DNA of 64,000 nucleotides from Octopus sinensis (lineage: Eukaryota), in assembly GCF_006345805.1 (NCBI RefSeq), contig NW_021833452.1, positions 24,270 through 88,269 on the forward strand, in the 5' to 3' direction. Under the pieces are notes generated by a model. The model was not told the DNA's origin. It made no database searches and saw only the letters and a program-made list of their open reading frames with translations. Shown here one piece after another: positions 14,030 to 27,998 of this stretch; position 1 is the stretch's first letter; each line of letters opens with the position of its first letter. The position numbers were made by a program, and so were the translations under genes.

Positions 14030-14215
14030 AATATTCAACAAAAAATATAACGATGTTTAACAAAAACATCTTTAAATGATTATTCCAGAGCATATTCACC
14101 ATCTACTTCAATTTCTGCTTCTCATTTGCTTGGCAGACGGTCACACCGTTATTTAAAGATGTTTTTGATAAATATTTTTATTGTTATTGTTGAATAAAAT
14201 TTGTTGAAAAAACGC
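14030..14215. repeat. Palindromic MITE-like repeat, second copy at about 22365-22580
   Basis: caacaaaa...catctttaaatga / tttaaagatgtttttg...gttgaa inverted arms shared by both copies. Confidence 0.6.
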
Positions 14216-14491
14216 CGCAATAATTATGCAATATTTTATAAAGTTGCAGAACTGGTTCAAATTTGACACAAGTCCCGTTTTTACTCCCACCTCCCCACCT
14301 TATTAAGTTGAAATATTAAAACATTAAAATAGTTTTTATAAGCAGGAAATATATTTGAAATATGGCAATTACCTGTGTTCAAAATATATAAAATTTACGT
14401 TTCCTCTTGTCAGGGTTTAACTTAATTCTTATCTAGCAACTCCAGCCATGACTCTCCCACGAACACTCATTATCTAACATGTTTAGTTCAA

Positions 14492-14790
14492 GGAGGCGCA
14501 TAGCATAGTGGTTAGAGCAGCGGACTCGCGGTCGAGGGATCGTGGGTTCGAATCTCAGACCGGGTGATGTGTGTCTGTTTATGAGCGAAACACCTAAGCT
14601 CCACGCGGCTCCGGCAGAAGATAATGGCCAACTTCTGCTGACTCTTTCGCCACAACTTTCTCTCACTTTTTCCTCCGGCATCTTGAAGCTCACCTGCGAC
14701 GGACCGGAATCCCATCCAGGTGGGGAACCTATACGCCAAGGAAACCGGGAAACCGCCCCTTATGAGCCAGGCATTACTCGAGAAGGAACA
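14492..14790 (+). mobile_element. tRNA-derived SINE (family C-related head)
   Basis: TAGCATAGTGG A box and GGTTCGAATCTC B box, followed by a non-tRNA body. Confidence 0.8.
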
Positions 14791-15479
14791 AATAAATGTT
14801 TAGTTCATGTAGCAGTTTATAGTCTCCGTTGTTACTTATAATTAAAGTTTATAATAATTCCAAACATTTTGAAATAATTGCCAGAATATATCTGATAAAT
14901 AATATTCAAGAAGAGAAAACATATTTAGTGCATTCCACATTAAAAGGTTAACATGTTAACCTGGGATAAACATATATGCGTGTGTATGTAAGTGTATATG
15001 GTGATTAAAAGCTATATGCTGTCACAAAACCATTTTATATTCACACAATCCTTCTTTAATTACCAGAACTATTACATTTAAATTCAAGATTAAATATTTG
15101 TTTCAAATTTTGGCACAAGGCCAGTAATTTCAGGGGACGAAGTAAGTCGATTAAGCTATCTCCTATTTTAACAGGATCTCATGATCCTGGATTCCTTGTA
15201 GCAGAGAATTTTTTTCTGTTTATGCATTCGTGTTGGGTCTGGTGTTTTGGGACTGTCTTACTCCCACTCGCCACTCTCAAAGACCCAGGTAAAAAAAAAA
15301 ACAAGGGTTATAGGCAGTGGCTTTCTCAACTGACAAACATTCGGAAATGAAATTTATAAAAAATAACCAATGAATTTTTAAGCTATAAAACTGATTTACA
15401 AATTCTAAATATCATTTGTGAATTTGGAATCCATCATAAACTAACTAAAATGCTGGATGATTAGAGGACCATTATGTGG

Positions 15480-16230
15480 TATCTGGGGAGAGTCATTCTC
15501 TTTTAGTACCTTATAATTTAACAAACTCACCGGTGAAATTATAAGGCACTAAAAGAGGATACTCACTCCAAACACAACAGAATATGCTTTAATACACGAA
15601 CTCACATAAAGAATCTTGCAAACCAAATCCAAAAACGAAATAAAGGAATATTTTCTTTCGTCTAATTTCCATTATTTTACATTGTATAAAAATTATATTT
15701 TATATTATATTCTGGAAATGTAAATGAAAGAGAGAGTTAAAACCTTTGAAAAGGTTGCAAGACGCAACGAAAATTTTGGAAAAATAAAAAAGAAATAAGT
15801 GGAAGTTTTACAGGTGAGTGTGCTAAATTATATGTCACCCAAAAGAGAATGACCCTCCCCAGACACAACAGAATATGCTTCAACACACGAAAAACCCATA
15901 AAGAATCTTGTAAACCAAATCCAAAAACGAAATAAAGGAATATTTTCTTTCGTTTGATCTCCATTATTTTACATAGTTATAAACAAATTATATTTTATAT
16001 TATGTTCTGGAAATGTAAATGAAAGAGAGAGTCAAAACCTTTGAAAAGGTTGCAAGACGCAACGAAAATTTTGGAAAAATAAAAAAGAAATAAGTGGAAG
16101 TTTTACAGGTAAGTTTGTTAAATTATAAGTCATCCGAAAGAGAATGACTCTCCCCAGACACAACAGAATATGCTTCAACACACGAAAAACACATAAAGAA
16201 TCTTGCAAACCAAATCCCAAAAGAAAATAA
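15480..16230. repeat. Tandem array of about 296-bp units (about 2.5 copies); related sequence at 53670-53880
   Basis: cacaacagaatatgctt..cacacgaa...aaagaatcttg.aaaccaaatcc recurs at 15572, 15864 and 16159. Confidence 0.85.
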
Positions 16231-16870
16231 ATGAATTGTTTTGTTACCAGAGGTTTTCGCAGTTTCTTGTCTGTAAAATACCGTATGAAATTAAAATAAA
16301 GTTCACTATAAAAGTATATTTATGTTTGAAATGGTTGTGGTGAATGTTTAACGATGTAAATGTGTAAATACAATAATATTTAGGATTCAATATCAGCCTG
16401 ATGTCCGTTTAATGTCTTGCGAGTTCTGTTCGTTTGAACAGCAGAGAGAATTATGAGACTCCCAACTGTCGATGGTTTATATATAAAGTAGCAGAAAGAC
16501 GTTTATAAATGTGTGGGTGTTACTTGGAGATATTTGTGTATATCTCTGTTTAAATGTCTTTGTTGTAGTGTCTCTGTTGGGGAATGTGAATATTGCTGTG
16601 TGTATACGTTTGATTAAAGGATGTGTGAGTGTGTGTGTGTTGCAGTGTATATGTATGCCGATGTTATCCAGCATTCCCACACACCGTGTGAATATATCTT
16701 TCCCGTATCTCCTATTCCCGTCAACAATCATTCTTTATCTCAATGCTTACGTCATCTTCAATATTCTTTTCTATTCTAGGCCCAAGGCCCGAAATTTTGG
16801 GTTAGAGGGCCGTGGTGTATGCGGAAGGTTCCCTGTGGTTGGCTCCTGTGCAAAAGACTAGATCAGTTCC

Positions 16871-18430
16871 TGTTGATACGTGACTGGCAAGAAATAACTC
16901 AAGTTCTCATCCCAGCAGAAAAGCAAGACATACTTTTCCCTTACTTTGTCGAAGTGCTCACACATCCAGCACTGTCGGCTGCCCCGATTGAAAAGGCCCA
17001 ATCGTCCCCTGTCACTCTTGCGCCCTTCCTCTTCCGGTCAGTTCACAAGTTCCAGCTGCTGACGTCATCCCACACGCCACTCTTATCTTAAAGAACAGAT
17101 TCTCTCTACTCCACGTCGAAGTCCACCATCCAACCGGGAGGGAGCCTTGCACGTCGAGATCTTCTCGGGCTAGGCACCTCGTTCTCCTCCTCTCCACAAT
17201 CCTGCGAAGGTCCAAGACATGTCGCGGCATTCCATCCACGGAGACATTGTTTCTGGAATTGACCGCCGTCACTGTTCCTCTGCTCCATTGAGACGTACAG
17301 CGTGGCTTAACCCAGACTTCCTCCCCTATTTTCACGCAGGCGGGTCCCTTCTCTTCTTCGTGACACTCCGGTGCTTTACTCGGATGCCTCCATTCGTATT
17401 TAAATAGCGCTCTGTGTACCACAGATTTTTCAGCTTTTCGGATCAGGGGAGACAACTTGTTCCAGAAAACTGCTTGCAGCGGCGAAATGTGTCCTCTTTC
17501 CGTTATGACCTTGACTGTCCGATGGTGCCTCTCCACGATTCCGTTATTGTTCGGCCTATATACTGCTCTGAACAAGCGACGCACTTTCCACCGTCCGAGC
17601 ATATCCCTCAACGCCCTCCGAAAGAAATACCGCCCCGTTGTCCATTAGCAGTTCTTCCACAGGCCCTCTCTCTAAAAATATCCCGTTCAAAATCTGCGCA
17701 ATCACGTCAGCAATGCCCGTCCTCAACTCCCTCCAAATGGCCAGCTAGCCCGGCCTGCAGTCGACCATGGAGAGATATATTCCCTGTTGGTAATGCGTCA
17801 CATCCGCAGCAAGTCACTTCTAGTTGTGCTCCACCGAAAGGTTTCTTGCTCATGCCCACACGGAGCAAGGTCAATGGACTGACACTTGTCGCGGCTCCCG
17901 ACCACTTTCCGGATGCTTCTCCTAGTGAGGTCAGCATCAATCATATTCGCAAGATATTGGATCCTGTCCACACCTAAGTGATGCATAGCGTACAGTCTCT
18001 TCAGTTCGGAGTCACCCAACCGACACGCCGCAGCTATCCCTTTCTGTGCCTCCTCCGACTCCTCTAACCACGCCCTTTTCACCCTGGTCAGTGCGTCTGC
18101 CCTGTTTCTCTCGGAAGGCACGAAAACCACGTTCAGCTTCAGTCCGAACTCGGCAAACAATTCTCCTAGAACTCCTAGACGTCGCTTCCCCAACATCTCC
18201 GCGGCACTTTTCATCCGAACTCTTCTCTCACCGATGACCACCGATCCTACCCAGCCAAGCAAAGTGGCCGAATCCGTCCGGATTTCGATTGAGCGCAGCC
18301 CCCTTTTCAGGGCCAAGTTCACCCTCTTCAGCACCTAGTCTAATTCGGCGACATAGGTGTGGTTAAAGCCGTCTGCTTTCCGAAGCCATGCCGCGACCTC
18401 CACCTCAGTGCCTTCGATCTCCAACACAAC
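16871..18430 (-). mobile_element. Gypsy-like LTR retrotransposon remnant (RNase H, integrase, putative 3' LTR about 17097->16871)
   Basis: RNase H IRTDS...N.ADALTR; integrase HHLG...KCQ zinc motif and NGIVERHHRTVK core; purine tract followed by TGTT...AACA. Confidence 0.85.
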
Positions 18431-18691
18431 TCCTATCGCTATACTGCTATCATCACACCAAAGAAATAGGTATTGCACTGGCTATACAGGTTGTGGTGGT
18501 GAAAGTGACTGTCAAGGTAACCGTCATGATAACGTTGATGGCGGCGTTTGTGGTTGATGTGGAAGCCATGACAATGCTGCTGCTGATGGTGGTGGTCATG
18601 GTAGGATAGTTGTGGTGGTGAATGTGATATGGTGGTGGTGGTGGTGGCTGTGTGTGTATCACTCAACTTTTAGGTAATTGTTGTTTCTTTT

Positions 18692-19078
18692 TAGGCGCAG
18701 GAGTGGCTGTGTGGTAAGTAGATAGTTTACCAAATATATGGTTCCGGGTTCAGTCCCACTGCGTGGCACCTTGGGCAAGTGTCTTCTACCATAGCCTCAG
18801 GCCGACCAAAGCCTTGTGAGTGGATTTGGTAGACGGACACTAAAAGAAGCCCGTCGTATATATGTATATATATGTGTGTTTGTGTGTCTGTGTTTGTCCC
18901 CCCTAACATCACTTGACAACCGATGCTGGTGTGTTTACGTACCCATAGCTTAGCGGTTCAGCAAAAGTGACCGATAAAATAAGTACTATTCTTGCAAAGA
19001 ATATGTCCTGGGGTAATTTGCTTGACTAAAGGCGGTGCTCCAGCATGGTCACAATCAAATGACTCAAACAAGTAAAAA
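18692..19078 (+). mobile_element. SINE family A, near full length
   Basis: ggcgcaggagtggctgtgtggtaag...ggttcagtccc Pol III boxes, conserved body and tail. Confidence 0.9.
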
Positions 19079-19129
19079 AAGTTTTAAAAAAACAAGTTGT
19101 ATGGTTAAACTAGCTCGCAATTATCATTG

Positions 19130-21030
19130 ATGTATAATAACTGCTTCAGATGATTCCTGTTTTAAAGGTTTGTTTTTAATAATATGGCTGTATTAATTTT
19201 TTTTTACCCCCGCCAAGGAGGTTATATTTCTGCCGATGTTTGTTTGGGAAATTGGGCGATTTTTGTGCATTCGTGTATATGGGTGGCAATGGGCTGCTTG
19301 GCGGAGGTCTGCGCTCTCCGGGTGCCTTTCTAGTTCATTCTAATTTATTCTTTTATTTATTCAATATTTCCTCGCTTCGAACCAAGGAGTTTAGTCTGCG
19401 CACATGCATCAACATGTGAACACCGTCTGCTGCACATTTAGACGCATTCTTTTATTGTATTAGGTACACCCGACTTGAAACAAACTTTCCCACACTATGA
19501 ATAGTTGATTGTGTTGAAAATATTTTCTTTGAAAAGCCCGAAAAGCTTTACCAGAGAATAAGACAGGAGGCTATTCTTTCATTTAACAGGGGTGTTAATA
19601 TATACGCATATATACGCATATATATACAACCACGCAAAAATTAACCTACATTCTCTCTCCCCTCCCACCGCTCTCTCACCTCATTATATATTTCTATATT
19701 GCCCACAAGGGGCTAAAACATAGAGGGGACAAACAAGGACAGACAATGGATTATGTAGATTATATTGACACCAGTGCGTAACTGGTACTTAATTTATCGA
19801 CCACGAAAGGATGAAAGGCAAAGTCAACCTCGGCGGAATTGGAACTCAGAACGTAGCGGCAGACGGAATACCTATTTCTTTACTACCCACAAGGAGCTAA
19901 ACACAGAGAGCACAAATAAAGACAGACAAACGGTTTAAATCGATTATATCGACCCCAGTGCGTAACTGGTACTTAATTTATCGACCCCGAAAGGATAAAA
20001 GGCAAAGTCGACCTCGGCAGATTTCGAACTCAGAAGGTAGCGGCAGACGGAATACCTATTTCTTTACTACCATTATATCGACACCATTGCGTAACTGGTA
20101 CTTAATTTATCGACCCTTAAAGGACAAAAGGCAAAGTCGGCCTCTGCGGATTTTGGACTCAGAAGGTAGCGGCAGATGGAATACCTATTTCTTTACTACC
20201 CACAAGGGGCTAAACGAAGAGAGGACAAACAAGGACAGACAAACGGATTAAGTCGATTATATCGACACCATTGCGTAACTGGTACTTAATTTATCGACCC
20301 CGAAATGATGAAAAGCAATGGTGGTGTATGTGGTCGAAGTGGAAGCAATGATAATGCTGATGATAATGTTGGTGGTCGTGGTGGTGGTATTAGTGGTAGG
20401 ATATTTGTGGTGGTGAATGTGATATGGTGGTGGTGGTGGTGGTGGTGGTGGTGATGTATGTAACTGCTTCAGATGATTCCTGTTTTTAAAGGGTTTTTTT
20501 TAATTATATGGCGGTGTTATTTTTTTATTACCCCCGCCAAGGAGGTCATATTTCTGCCGATGTTTGTTTGGGAAATTGGACGATTTTTGTGCATTCGTGT
20601 ATATGGGTGGCAATGGTCTGCGCTCTTCGGGTGCCTTTCTAGTTCATTCTAATTTATTCTTTTGTTTATTCAATATTTTCTCGCTTCGAACCAAGCAGTT
20701 TTGTCTGCGCACATGCATCAACATGTGAACACCGTCTGCTGCATATTTAGACGCATTCTTTTATTGTATTAGGTACACCCGACTTGAAACAAACTTTCCC
20801 ACACTATGAATAGTTGATTGTGTTGAAAATATTTTCTTTGAAAAACCGGAAATCTTTACGGGAGAATAAGACAGTTGGCTTAGTCTTTCATTTAACAAGG
20901 GTGTGCGTACATACTTGCATGCGCACCAATATAAAAGCGTATACATAGATATACACACTTACACATACACTTACACACTCACGCAAAAATTCACCTACAT
21001 TCTCTCTCCCCTCCCACTGCTCTCTCACCT
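19130..21030. repeat. Local direct duplication (about 19135-19690 vs about 20460-21030)
   Basis: taactgcttcagatgattcctgttttaaagg...cccgacttgaaacaaactttcccacac present in both. Confidence 0.85.
19700..20315 (-). mobile_element. SINE family B tandem multimer (about 4 partial units)
   Basis: Repeated gcgtaactggtacttaatttatcgacc at about 19777, 19960, 20089 and 20273. Confidence 0.9.
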
Positions 21031-21559
21031 TGTCTCACCTCATTATATATTACTGTATGCTCTCCCTTTCTTTTCTCTCTCTCCCTTTCGATATATATAT
21101 TGCTACGTCACTCCGCTTTTCTTAATCTCCCTCCTACCTCATACTCTCTCTATCTCTCTCCCCCACTCATATGTATTACTATATCATTCTGCCTCATCTA
21201 TTCTCTTACCTTATACTTTCTCGTTATCTCTCTCTCTCTCTCTCTCCTTCCCTCCCTCCTACAACAATCGACACCTCCCTCTTTGTCTCTCAGCCCTTCA
21301 TAATATATCTCTTTTAACCACTCCGCCTCCCTTGCTTTATCTCTTACCTCACCCTCACCCTCAATTTCTCTATCTCAGTCTCTCCCTGTCCCTTCATATG
21401 CAAGTCTGTGTCTGTCTGGCCCTCTCTCTCTCTCCCTCTGTTTGTCTATCTCTCTTTCTCCCTCCCTTTCTTTCTTCCTCCCCCTCCTCTCTCTCTTTAT
21501 TACCTCATTATATATTTACACTTTTCTCTCTTTGCCTCTCTACTCATACTGTCCCCCTC

Positions 21560-21940
21560 TTTTACTTTTATTCTGTGGCCATGCTGGAGCACCCTCTTTA
21601 GTAGAGCAAATTGACCCCAGGACTTATTCTTTGTAAGCCTAGTACTTATTCTTTCGTTCTCTTTTTCCGAACCGCTAAGTTACGGGGACGTAAACACACC
21701 AGCATCGATTGTCAAGCGATGTTGGGGGGACAAACACAAACAAACATATACACTCACATACATATATATATATATACAAATATGCAACGGGCTTCTTTCA
21801 GTTTCCGTCTACCAAATCCACTCACAAGGCTTCGGTTGGCCCGAGACTATAGTAGAAGACACTTGCCCAAGGTGCCATGCAGTGGGACTGAACCCGGAAT
21901 CATGTGGTTCGTAAGCAAGCTACTTACCACACAGCCACCC
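21560..21940 (-). mobile_element. SINE family A
   Basis: Reverse complement of the 18692-19078 consensus. Confidence 0.9.
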
Positions 21941-23369
21941 CTAAATTTCTTTCCTTATTCCTTTCTCTCTTCCTTTAATTCTTACTTCATTATTTACTTT
22001 CTGTCTTTCCTCTCCCTCCCTTTTCTTGTTTCCAACTTCCTTCCTTCCTTCCTTCCTTACCTCCATTCTTCTTACCTTCATTTATTTCCTTCTTTCTTCT
22101 TTTCTTTGTTTCTTTCATTCTTTTTCCTTTTCTTTATTTCTTTCTTTCTCTCATTCTCTTTCTCATTTTTTCTTTCACTCTTATGTCATACTTTATGACA
22201 GAATAACGTCGCGTTTTCCCCTCCCCCTCTCTCCTTCTCCCCTTCTTTCTTTCTTCATTTCATTCTTTTCCTTTCTCTTCTTCTTCCTTTAATTTTATTT
22301 TCCTTCCTTTCTTTCCCTCCTCTCTCTCCCTCATGCAATCTTTTGGGTTGGAGTATAATCATTGCAATTTTTTTAACAAATTTTATTCAACAAAAACAAT
22401 AACAACATGTAACAAAACCATCTTTAAATGATTATTCCGGAGCATATTCACCATTTACCTCAATTACTGCTTCCCATTTGCTTGACAGACGGTCAGACCG
22501 TCATTTAAAAATGTTTTTGTTAAATATTGTTATTGTTATCGTTGAATAAAATTTGTTGAAAACAAAAGACAATAATTACACACCAACCCAATAATTATCT
22601 CCTTCGCATAATTATTTCGGCCTTTGTTAGAGAAACTGACCTCTATATTGTCTCGCATCATTCCGGAAGCAGCAAGCAACGACTTGTAGCGGCACAAGCA
22701 GCAAGCACCATGTTGGATGAGATCTCGCGGCAGCCATTGCCATCTCCGAGACTAGAGCGAGACCTCACCTGCATCCATTTGCCATGCGTGAGGTCACAAC
22801 GAGGCTCGCGATGGAAACTATATAAACGGAAAACCGATTCAGACCTGTCTCTTTTGGCGCCACCTCCACAGCAGCACTGGCTGAGGCTTTCTACCTGTCC
22901 ATCTCAGAGACAATGCGCCCACACTATCGGAGCTTAAGATGGTAGCTGAGAGCAGCACACTTCATTTTGCCTTCCATTATTAAAGACTTTCAAATATGTA
23001 ATGTTTTTCATATTGAAATAGGAGACTTCACGAAGCGTCTATAAAATGTGTTGTCCTACAAGTGGTCTAGCAACAAGCTAGAAATAACGGCTCAACACAC
23101 TATATTTTGCATTAGTTTCCATGAAAGATTGGACACTTTAAGAAGAAATCTTGCCCAATCTTGTCTGAAGAAATCTTGCCCAACTAGTGGTCCTTACGCG
23201 ATACTAGAAATAACAGCCAAGTATCTTAAAGTTTTATATAATTATTAAAGATACTTAGAAAATACTTTCTCTCTCACCTCCTCATATATTAATATCACCC
23301 AACCTCCCTTACTTTCTATATGTCTCCCTTTCTTATTACGCATGCGCGCACACATATAAACACGTGTGT

Positions 23370-24092
23370 AGGTATATTTTGTTCCACCAAGAGTGCAGTT
23401 CGATCTTAACAGCTATATTTTCAAGCTATAATGGAAGTGACAAAGGAGAATATTCGGCATATTTTGCTTTATGAGTTCAATAAAGGCAACAACGCAAAAG
23501 AAAGTGCTAGGAATATTAATGCAGTATATGGGGATCGGGCAATAAGCATAAGCCAGTGTTTTGCAAGATATGCAGAGCTCAACGAGTACGTCCTGCAAAC
23601 CGTGGTGCAACAAAATTCCATCGTAACTGTTGAGGAACTAACAGAGAAGCTTGGATTTAGTCATTCAACCTTCATCGACACCCGCGCGAGAAGAAAAAGG
23701 ACCATCTTTGGTTGCAAGACAAAAGGTGTTCTTCCATTGATAATGCTCAGCCACATACAGCAAGGATGACATTCCAAGGGCTGGAACAGTTTGAATAGGA
23801 AGCGATGCCTCACCAACCATATTTGCCAGGCATTGTCCCGTCTAGTTATCATTTATTCCGCAGTCTTCAAAATAATTTGGACGGAAAAAATATGAATTCA
23901 GTAGACGAGATCAGAACAGTACAACAGACGTATTTTTCGTCTCGGACAAGTGAATTCTGGAAGATGGCTCTTGCAAGTGTATATAAAAAGTGAAGGAGAG
24001 TGTATTTTAAATTAAAATAGAACTTCATCTTAATTTTGAAAAATAAAAGAAGTATAAAAAAAAAACTGCATTATTTATTGGATGGCCCAGTA
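23370..24092 (+). mobile_element. Mariner (Tc1/mariner) transposase remnant, internally deleted
   Basis: IRHILLYEFNKGNNAKESARNINAVYG helix-turn-helix and PHQPYLPGIVPSSYHLFRSLQ (degenerate YSPDLAPSDYHLF). Confidence 0.88.
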
Positions 24093-24109
24093 TGATCGCT
24101 AGCCACTAA

Positions 24110-24430
24110 ACCGGTTTTCTCTCTCTGTTCCTTTCTGTCGAAGGGCGTAGGCTCGAAAGGTAAAAGACTTTCTCACTCCCCGAGCATTAAACTAATACAT
24201 CTGTTTGTTGTTTACACACCCGCCTTCGTCTTTTGTTTTGTCTGTTCTATTTGTAAATTCTAACTATGTATATATAGAGTTCAAATTTACATAAAAACAA
24301 AAGATGAAGACAAGTGTAGGAACGACACGCAGGTGTATTATGTTAACAGTCGGGAAAGATGAGAAAGTCTTTCACATTTTGAGCCTACGCTCTTCAACAA
24401 AAAGGATTAAGAGAAAAAATAAAACGGAAT
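24110..24430. repeat. Imperfect palindrome of about 320 bp centred near 24272
   Basis: gggcgtaggctcgaaa...aagactttctca / tgagaaagtcttt...tttgagcctacgctc inverted arms. Confidence 0.7.
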
Positions 24431-24529
24431 GAGAAGGAAAAAAACGGCGAGTGAAAAATGTGCAGACTCCAACGGTCCACATGGCGAGATAGAGACACGT
24501 GCGCGCACGCACACACACACACACATACT

Positions 24530-25385
24530 TTCTTTTACTTGTTTCAGTCATTTGACTGCGGCCATGCTGGAGCACCTCCTTTAGCCGAGCAAATCCACCC
24601 CGGGACTTATTCTTTGTAAGCCCAGTACTTATTCTATCAGTCTCTTTTCTCTTTTACTTGTTTCAGTCATTTGACTGTGGCCATGCTGGAGCACCGCCTT
24701 TAGCCGAGCAAATCCACCCCGGGACTTATTCTTTGTAAGCCCAGTACTTATTCTATCGGTCTCTTTTACTCTTTTACTCTTTTACTTGTTTCAGTCATTT
24801 GACTGCGGCCATGCTGGAGCACCGCCTTTAGCCGAGCAAATCCACCCCGGGACTTATTCTTTGTAAGCCTAGTACTTATTCTATCGGTCTCTTTACTCTT
24901 TTACTCTTTTACTTGTTCAGTCATTTGACTGTGGCCATGCTGGAGCACCGCCTTACCGAGCAAATCCACCCCGGGACTTATTCTTTGTAAGCCCGTACTT
25001 ATTCTATCGGTCTCTTTACTCTTTTACTCTTTTACTTGTTTCAGTCATTTGACTGCGGCCATGCTGGAGCACCTCCTTTAGTTGACCAAATCGACCCCAG
25101 GACTTATTCTTTCTAAGCCTAGTACTTATACTATCGGTCTCTACTGCCGAACCGCTAAGTTGCTGGGACGAAAACACACCAGCATCGGTTGTCAAGTGAT
25201 GTAGGGGGGACAAACACAGACTCACAAACACGCATATATACGACGGGCTTCTTTCAGTTTCTATCTACCAAATCTACTCACAAAGCTTTGGCCAGCCGGA
25301 GGCTATAGTAGAAGACACGCAGTGGGACTGAAACCGGAACCATATGGTTGGTAAGCAAGCTACTTACCACAGAGCCACTCCTGCG
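24530..25385 (-). mobile_element. SINE family A with 3' tail (about 120 bp) amplified five-fold in tandem
   Basis: cagtcatttgactg.ggccatgctggagcacc at about 24545, 24664, 24792, 24918 and 25042. Confidence 0.92.
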
Positions 25386-26110
25386 GCAATAAATTCAGCC
25401 AATAAATTTTATTTTATTTGATGTACTTTGAAATTCGTGTTTTTTACCATATAATATGTGAAGGACAGTTTAGAATGATGTTTCCAAAAACATTGTTCGT
25501 TAGGCACTCTGTCATCGTGCTAGAAATAACAGTTAAGTGCTCTGAATTTCACTTCTCCAGGTGGTCTTATACGACGCTAGAAATACAAACCAAATGCTAA
25601 AATATACCTTGTTTTCATATAAAATGATCCTTTTTCAAGAGTCCTTCAACTTTGTATGTAAATCAATGCGTATTTCGGAGCAACTGGCTGTTATATCTAG
25701 CATGGTATGAATTCATTTGAGATTATTTTGACAGTTGTGCTACACTATTCTATGAAAAAGAATGCACATTTTGCTGTTATTTTTAGCATGAAGTGAAGCC
25801 AGCTTTACAGATCATTCTTAAAGTGTCCTTCATTTTTATACAAAAATCAATACAAATTTTCGAACACTTGTGTGTTGGCACTAAAATGATGTGAGATACC
25901 TTTTGAACAGTAATTTTGTGTATATTTTGAGTGTCCTTCCATTTTATATGAAAAACAAGGCATATTTTAGCATTTGATTTGTAATTCTAGGGTCGTATGA
26001 GACCACCTGGAGAAGAAGTGAAATTCAGAGCACTTAACTGTAATTTCTAGCACGATGCCAGAATGCCAAATTTATTGCCAGAATTTATTGCCACAGAAGT
26101 GACTGTGTGC

Positions 26111-26550
26111 AGGCGCAGGAGTTACTGTGTGATAAGTAGCTTGCTTACCAACCACATGGTTCCGGGTTCAGTCCCACTGCGTGGAACCTTGGTCAGGTGT
26201 CTTCTACTATAGCCTTGGGCCGACCAAAGCCTTGTGAGTGGATTTGGTAGACAGAAACTGAAAGAAGCCCGTCGTATATATATGTGTATGTATATATATA
26301 TATATATATGTGTGTGTGTGGTGTGTGTGTGTGTGTGTGCGTGCGTGTGTTTGTGTGTCTGTGTTTGTCCCCCCAACATCGCTTGACAACCAAGCAGGTG
26401 TGTTTACGTCCCCGTAACTTAGCGGTTAGGAAATAGATACTCATAGAATAAGTACTAGGCTTACAAAGAATATCTCCTGGGGTCGATTTGCTCTTGTAAA
26501 GGCGGTGCTTCAGCATGGCCACAGTGAAATGACTGAAACAAGTAAAAGAG
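26111..26550 (+). mobile_element. SINE family A
   Basis: Consensus head, body and tail. Confidence 0.9.
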
Positions 26551-26594
26551 CACAATATGCTTAAGCCATGTTAAAAAAGAAAAGCAGTTATTGT

Positions 26595-27020
26595 TTTATA
26601 CAGTCGTCACAATTGTCCAGAGCCTCTTTGAACAGGGGAGTGGTGGGCAGTTGAATGACATCTTATGGTAGCTTGTTCCACGGGGCTGCGATACGGATGG
26701 AGAATGTAGCCTTCTGCCTGTTGGGTCGAAAGTGTTGGGGATAGAGTTTCCAATCGTGCCCACGAAGACCTCTATCCGGCGCAGGGGTGAAAAACTCCGC
26801 AAATGGTAGGTTTATATTCCCGTTGAAGATGTTGAAAGCTGGGATGAGTTCTCCCGCATTCTCCGTTGTTCGAGTGAAGGTAATGCCAGCCGTTGGAGAC
26901 ATTCCTCATCTGTAAGCTAAACAGGCCCACGATCATTCCGTTGGCTAAGTGTTGAAACCGTTCCAGGTGCTGAATGTCTTTCTGGAGATATGGGTTTTAG
27001 ACATTTGCATAGTTACCGTT
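26595..27020 (-). mobile_element. CR1/L2-type LINE 3' fragment
   Basis: LRGHDWKL...FSIRIAAPWNKLP C-terminal ORF2 motif. Confidence 0.75.
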
Positions 27021-27079
27021 TTTATTAAATATTTTGAGATCATTTCGAGATCAATTACTTTTATAAATACTTGGGAAAC

Positions 27080-27345
27080 CATTCGAGATGGATCGTTACC
27101 AACGTCACCTTACTGGCACCTGTGCCGGTGGTATGTGTAAAAAGATTCGCGTGAAGTCATTGCCAGTACCGCCTGACTGGCCTCCGTGCCGGTGGCATTT
27201 AAAAAGCACCTGCTACACTCTCGGAGTGGTTGGCGTTAGGAAGGACATCCAACTGTAGAAACTCTGCCAGATCAAGATTGGAGCCTGGTGCACCCATCAG
27301 TCAAAACCGTCCAACCCATTAAACGATGATGATGATGATGATGAT
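27080..27345 (+). mobile_element. SINE/LINE-tail repeat ending in (GAT)n; related copy at 43290-43580
   Basis: gtgccggtggca..taaaaagcacc...cggagtggttggcgttagga shared between the copies. Confidence 0.75.
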
Positions 27346-27957
27346 TTGGAAACATCCTTCAATTCTTATATGAAAAACAAACAAAATTTGAAGTCATTTG
27401 GTTTCTGTTTCTACCCTGAAAATTGACCACATATAGGAAATGTTCTAATACATGCTTCTTAAACTGTCCTTCAATTGAAAGTAAATGCAAGTTTGAAGGT
27501 AATTGGTTGTATTTTCTAGCAGGATATGAAACCATGGGTGGGGAAATATTTTTGTAGTTGATCTGTAAAGTGGCCTTTAGAGAGACAGAAAGATATGGGG
27601 AGAGAAAGATGAAGTGAGAGAAGAGAGAGAGAGAGAGAAGGAAAAGAAAGTGGAACATAAAGAGACAGAGGGTGAGAGAAGGGGAGGGATATATGGTTTA
27701 GTGAGAGAGTGAAGGGGTAAAAGTATGAGGTAAAAGACAAAGTAAAAGAGGCGGGATAATAGAGTAATATATGCCAAGATGGCAGAGACGGATATATATA
27801 TATATATATTTCGTCTGTCTTAACGGTCTGAGTTCAAATTCCACCGCGGTCAACTTCATCTTTTCGGGGTCGATAAATTAAGTACCAGTTGCGTACTGGT
27901 GTCGATCTAATAAACTGCTCCCTCAAGTTTCGGGCCTTGTGCCTAGAATTTAAAAGA

Positions 27958-27998
<41 letters not shown>

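Noticed and set aside
14492-14565. tRNA gene
   Set aside because: A and B boxes are present, but no acceptor stem closes and it runs into a repeat body; it is a SINE head.
24530-25140. CRISPR-like array
   Set aside because: Whole units repeat with no unique spacers; eukaryotic SINE tail multimer.
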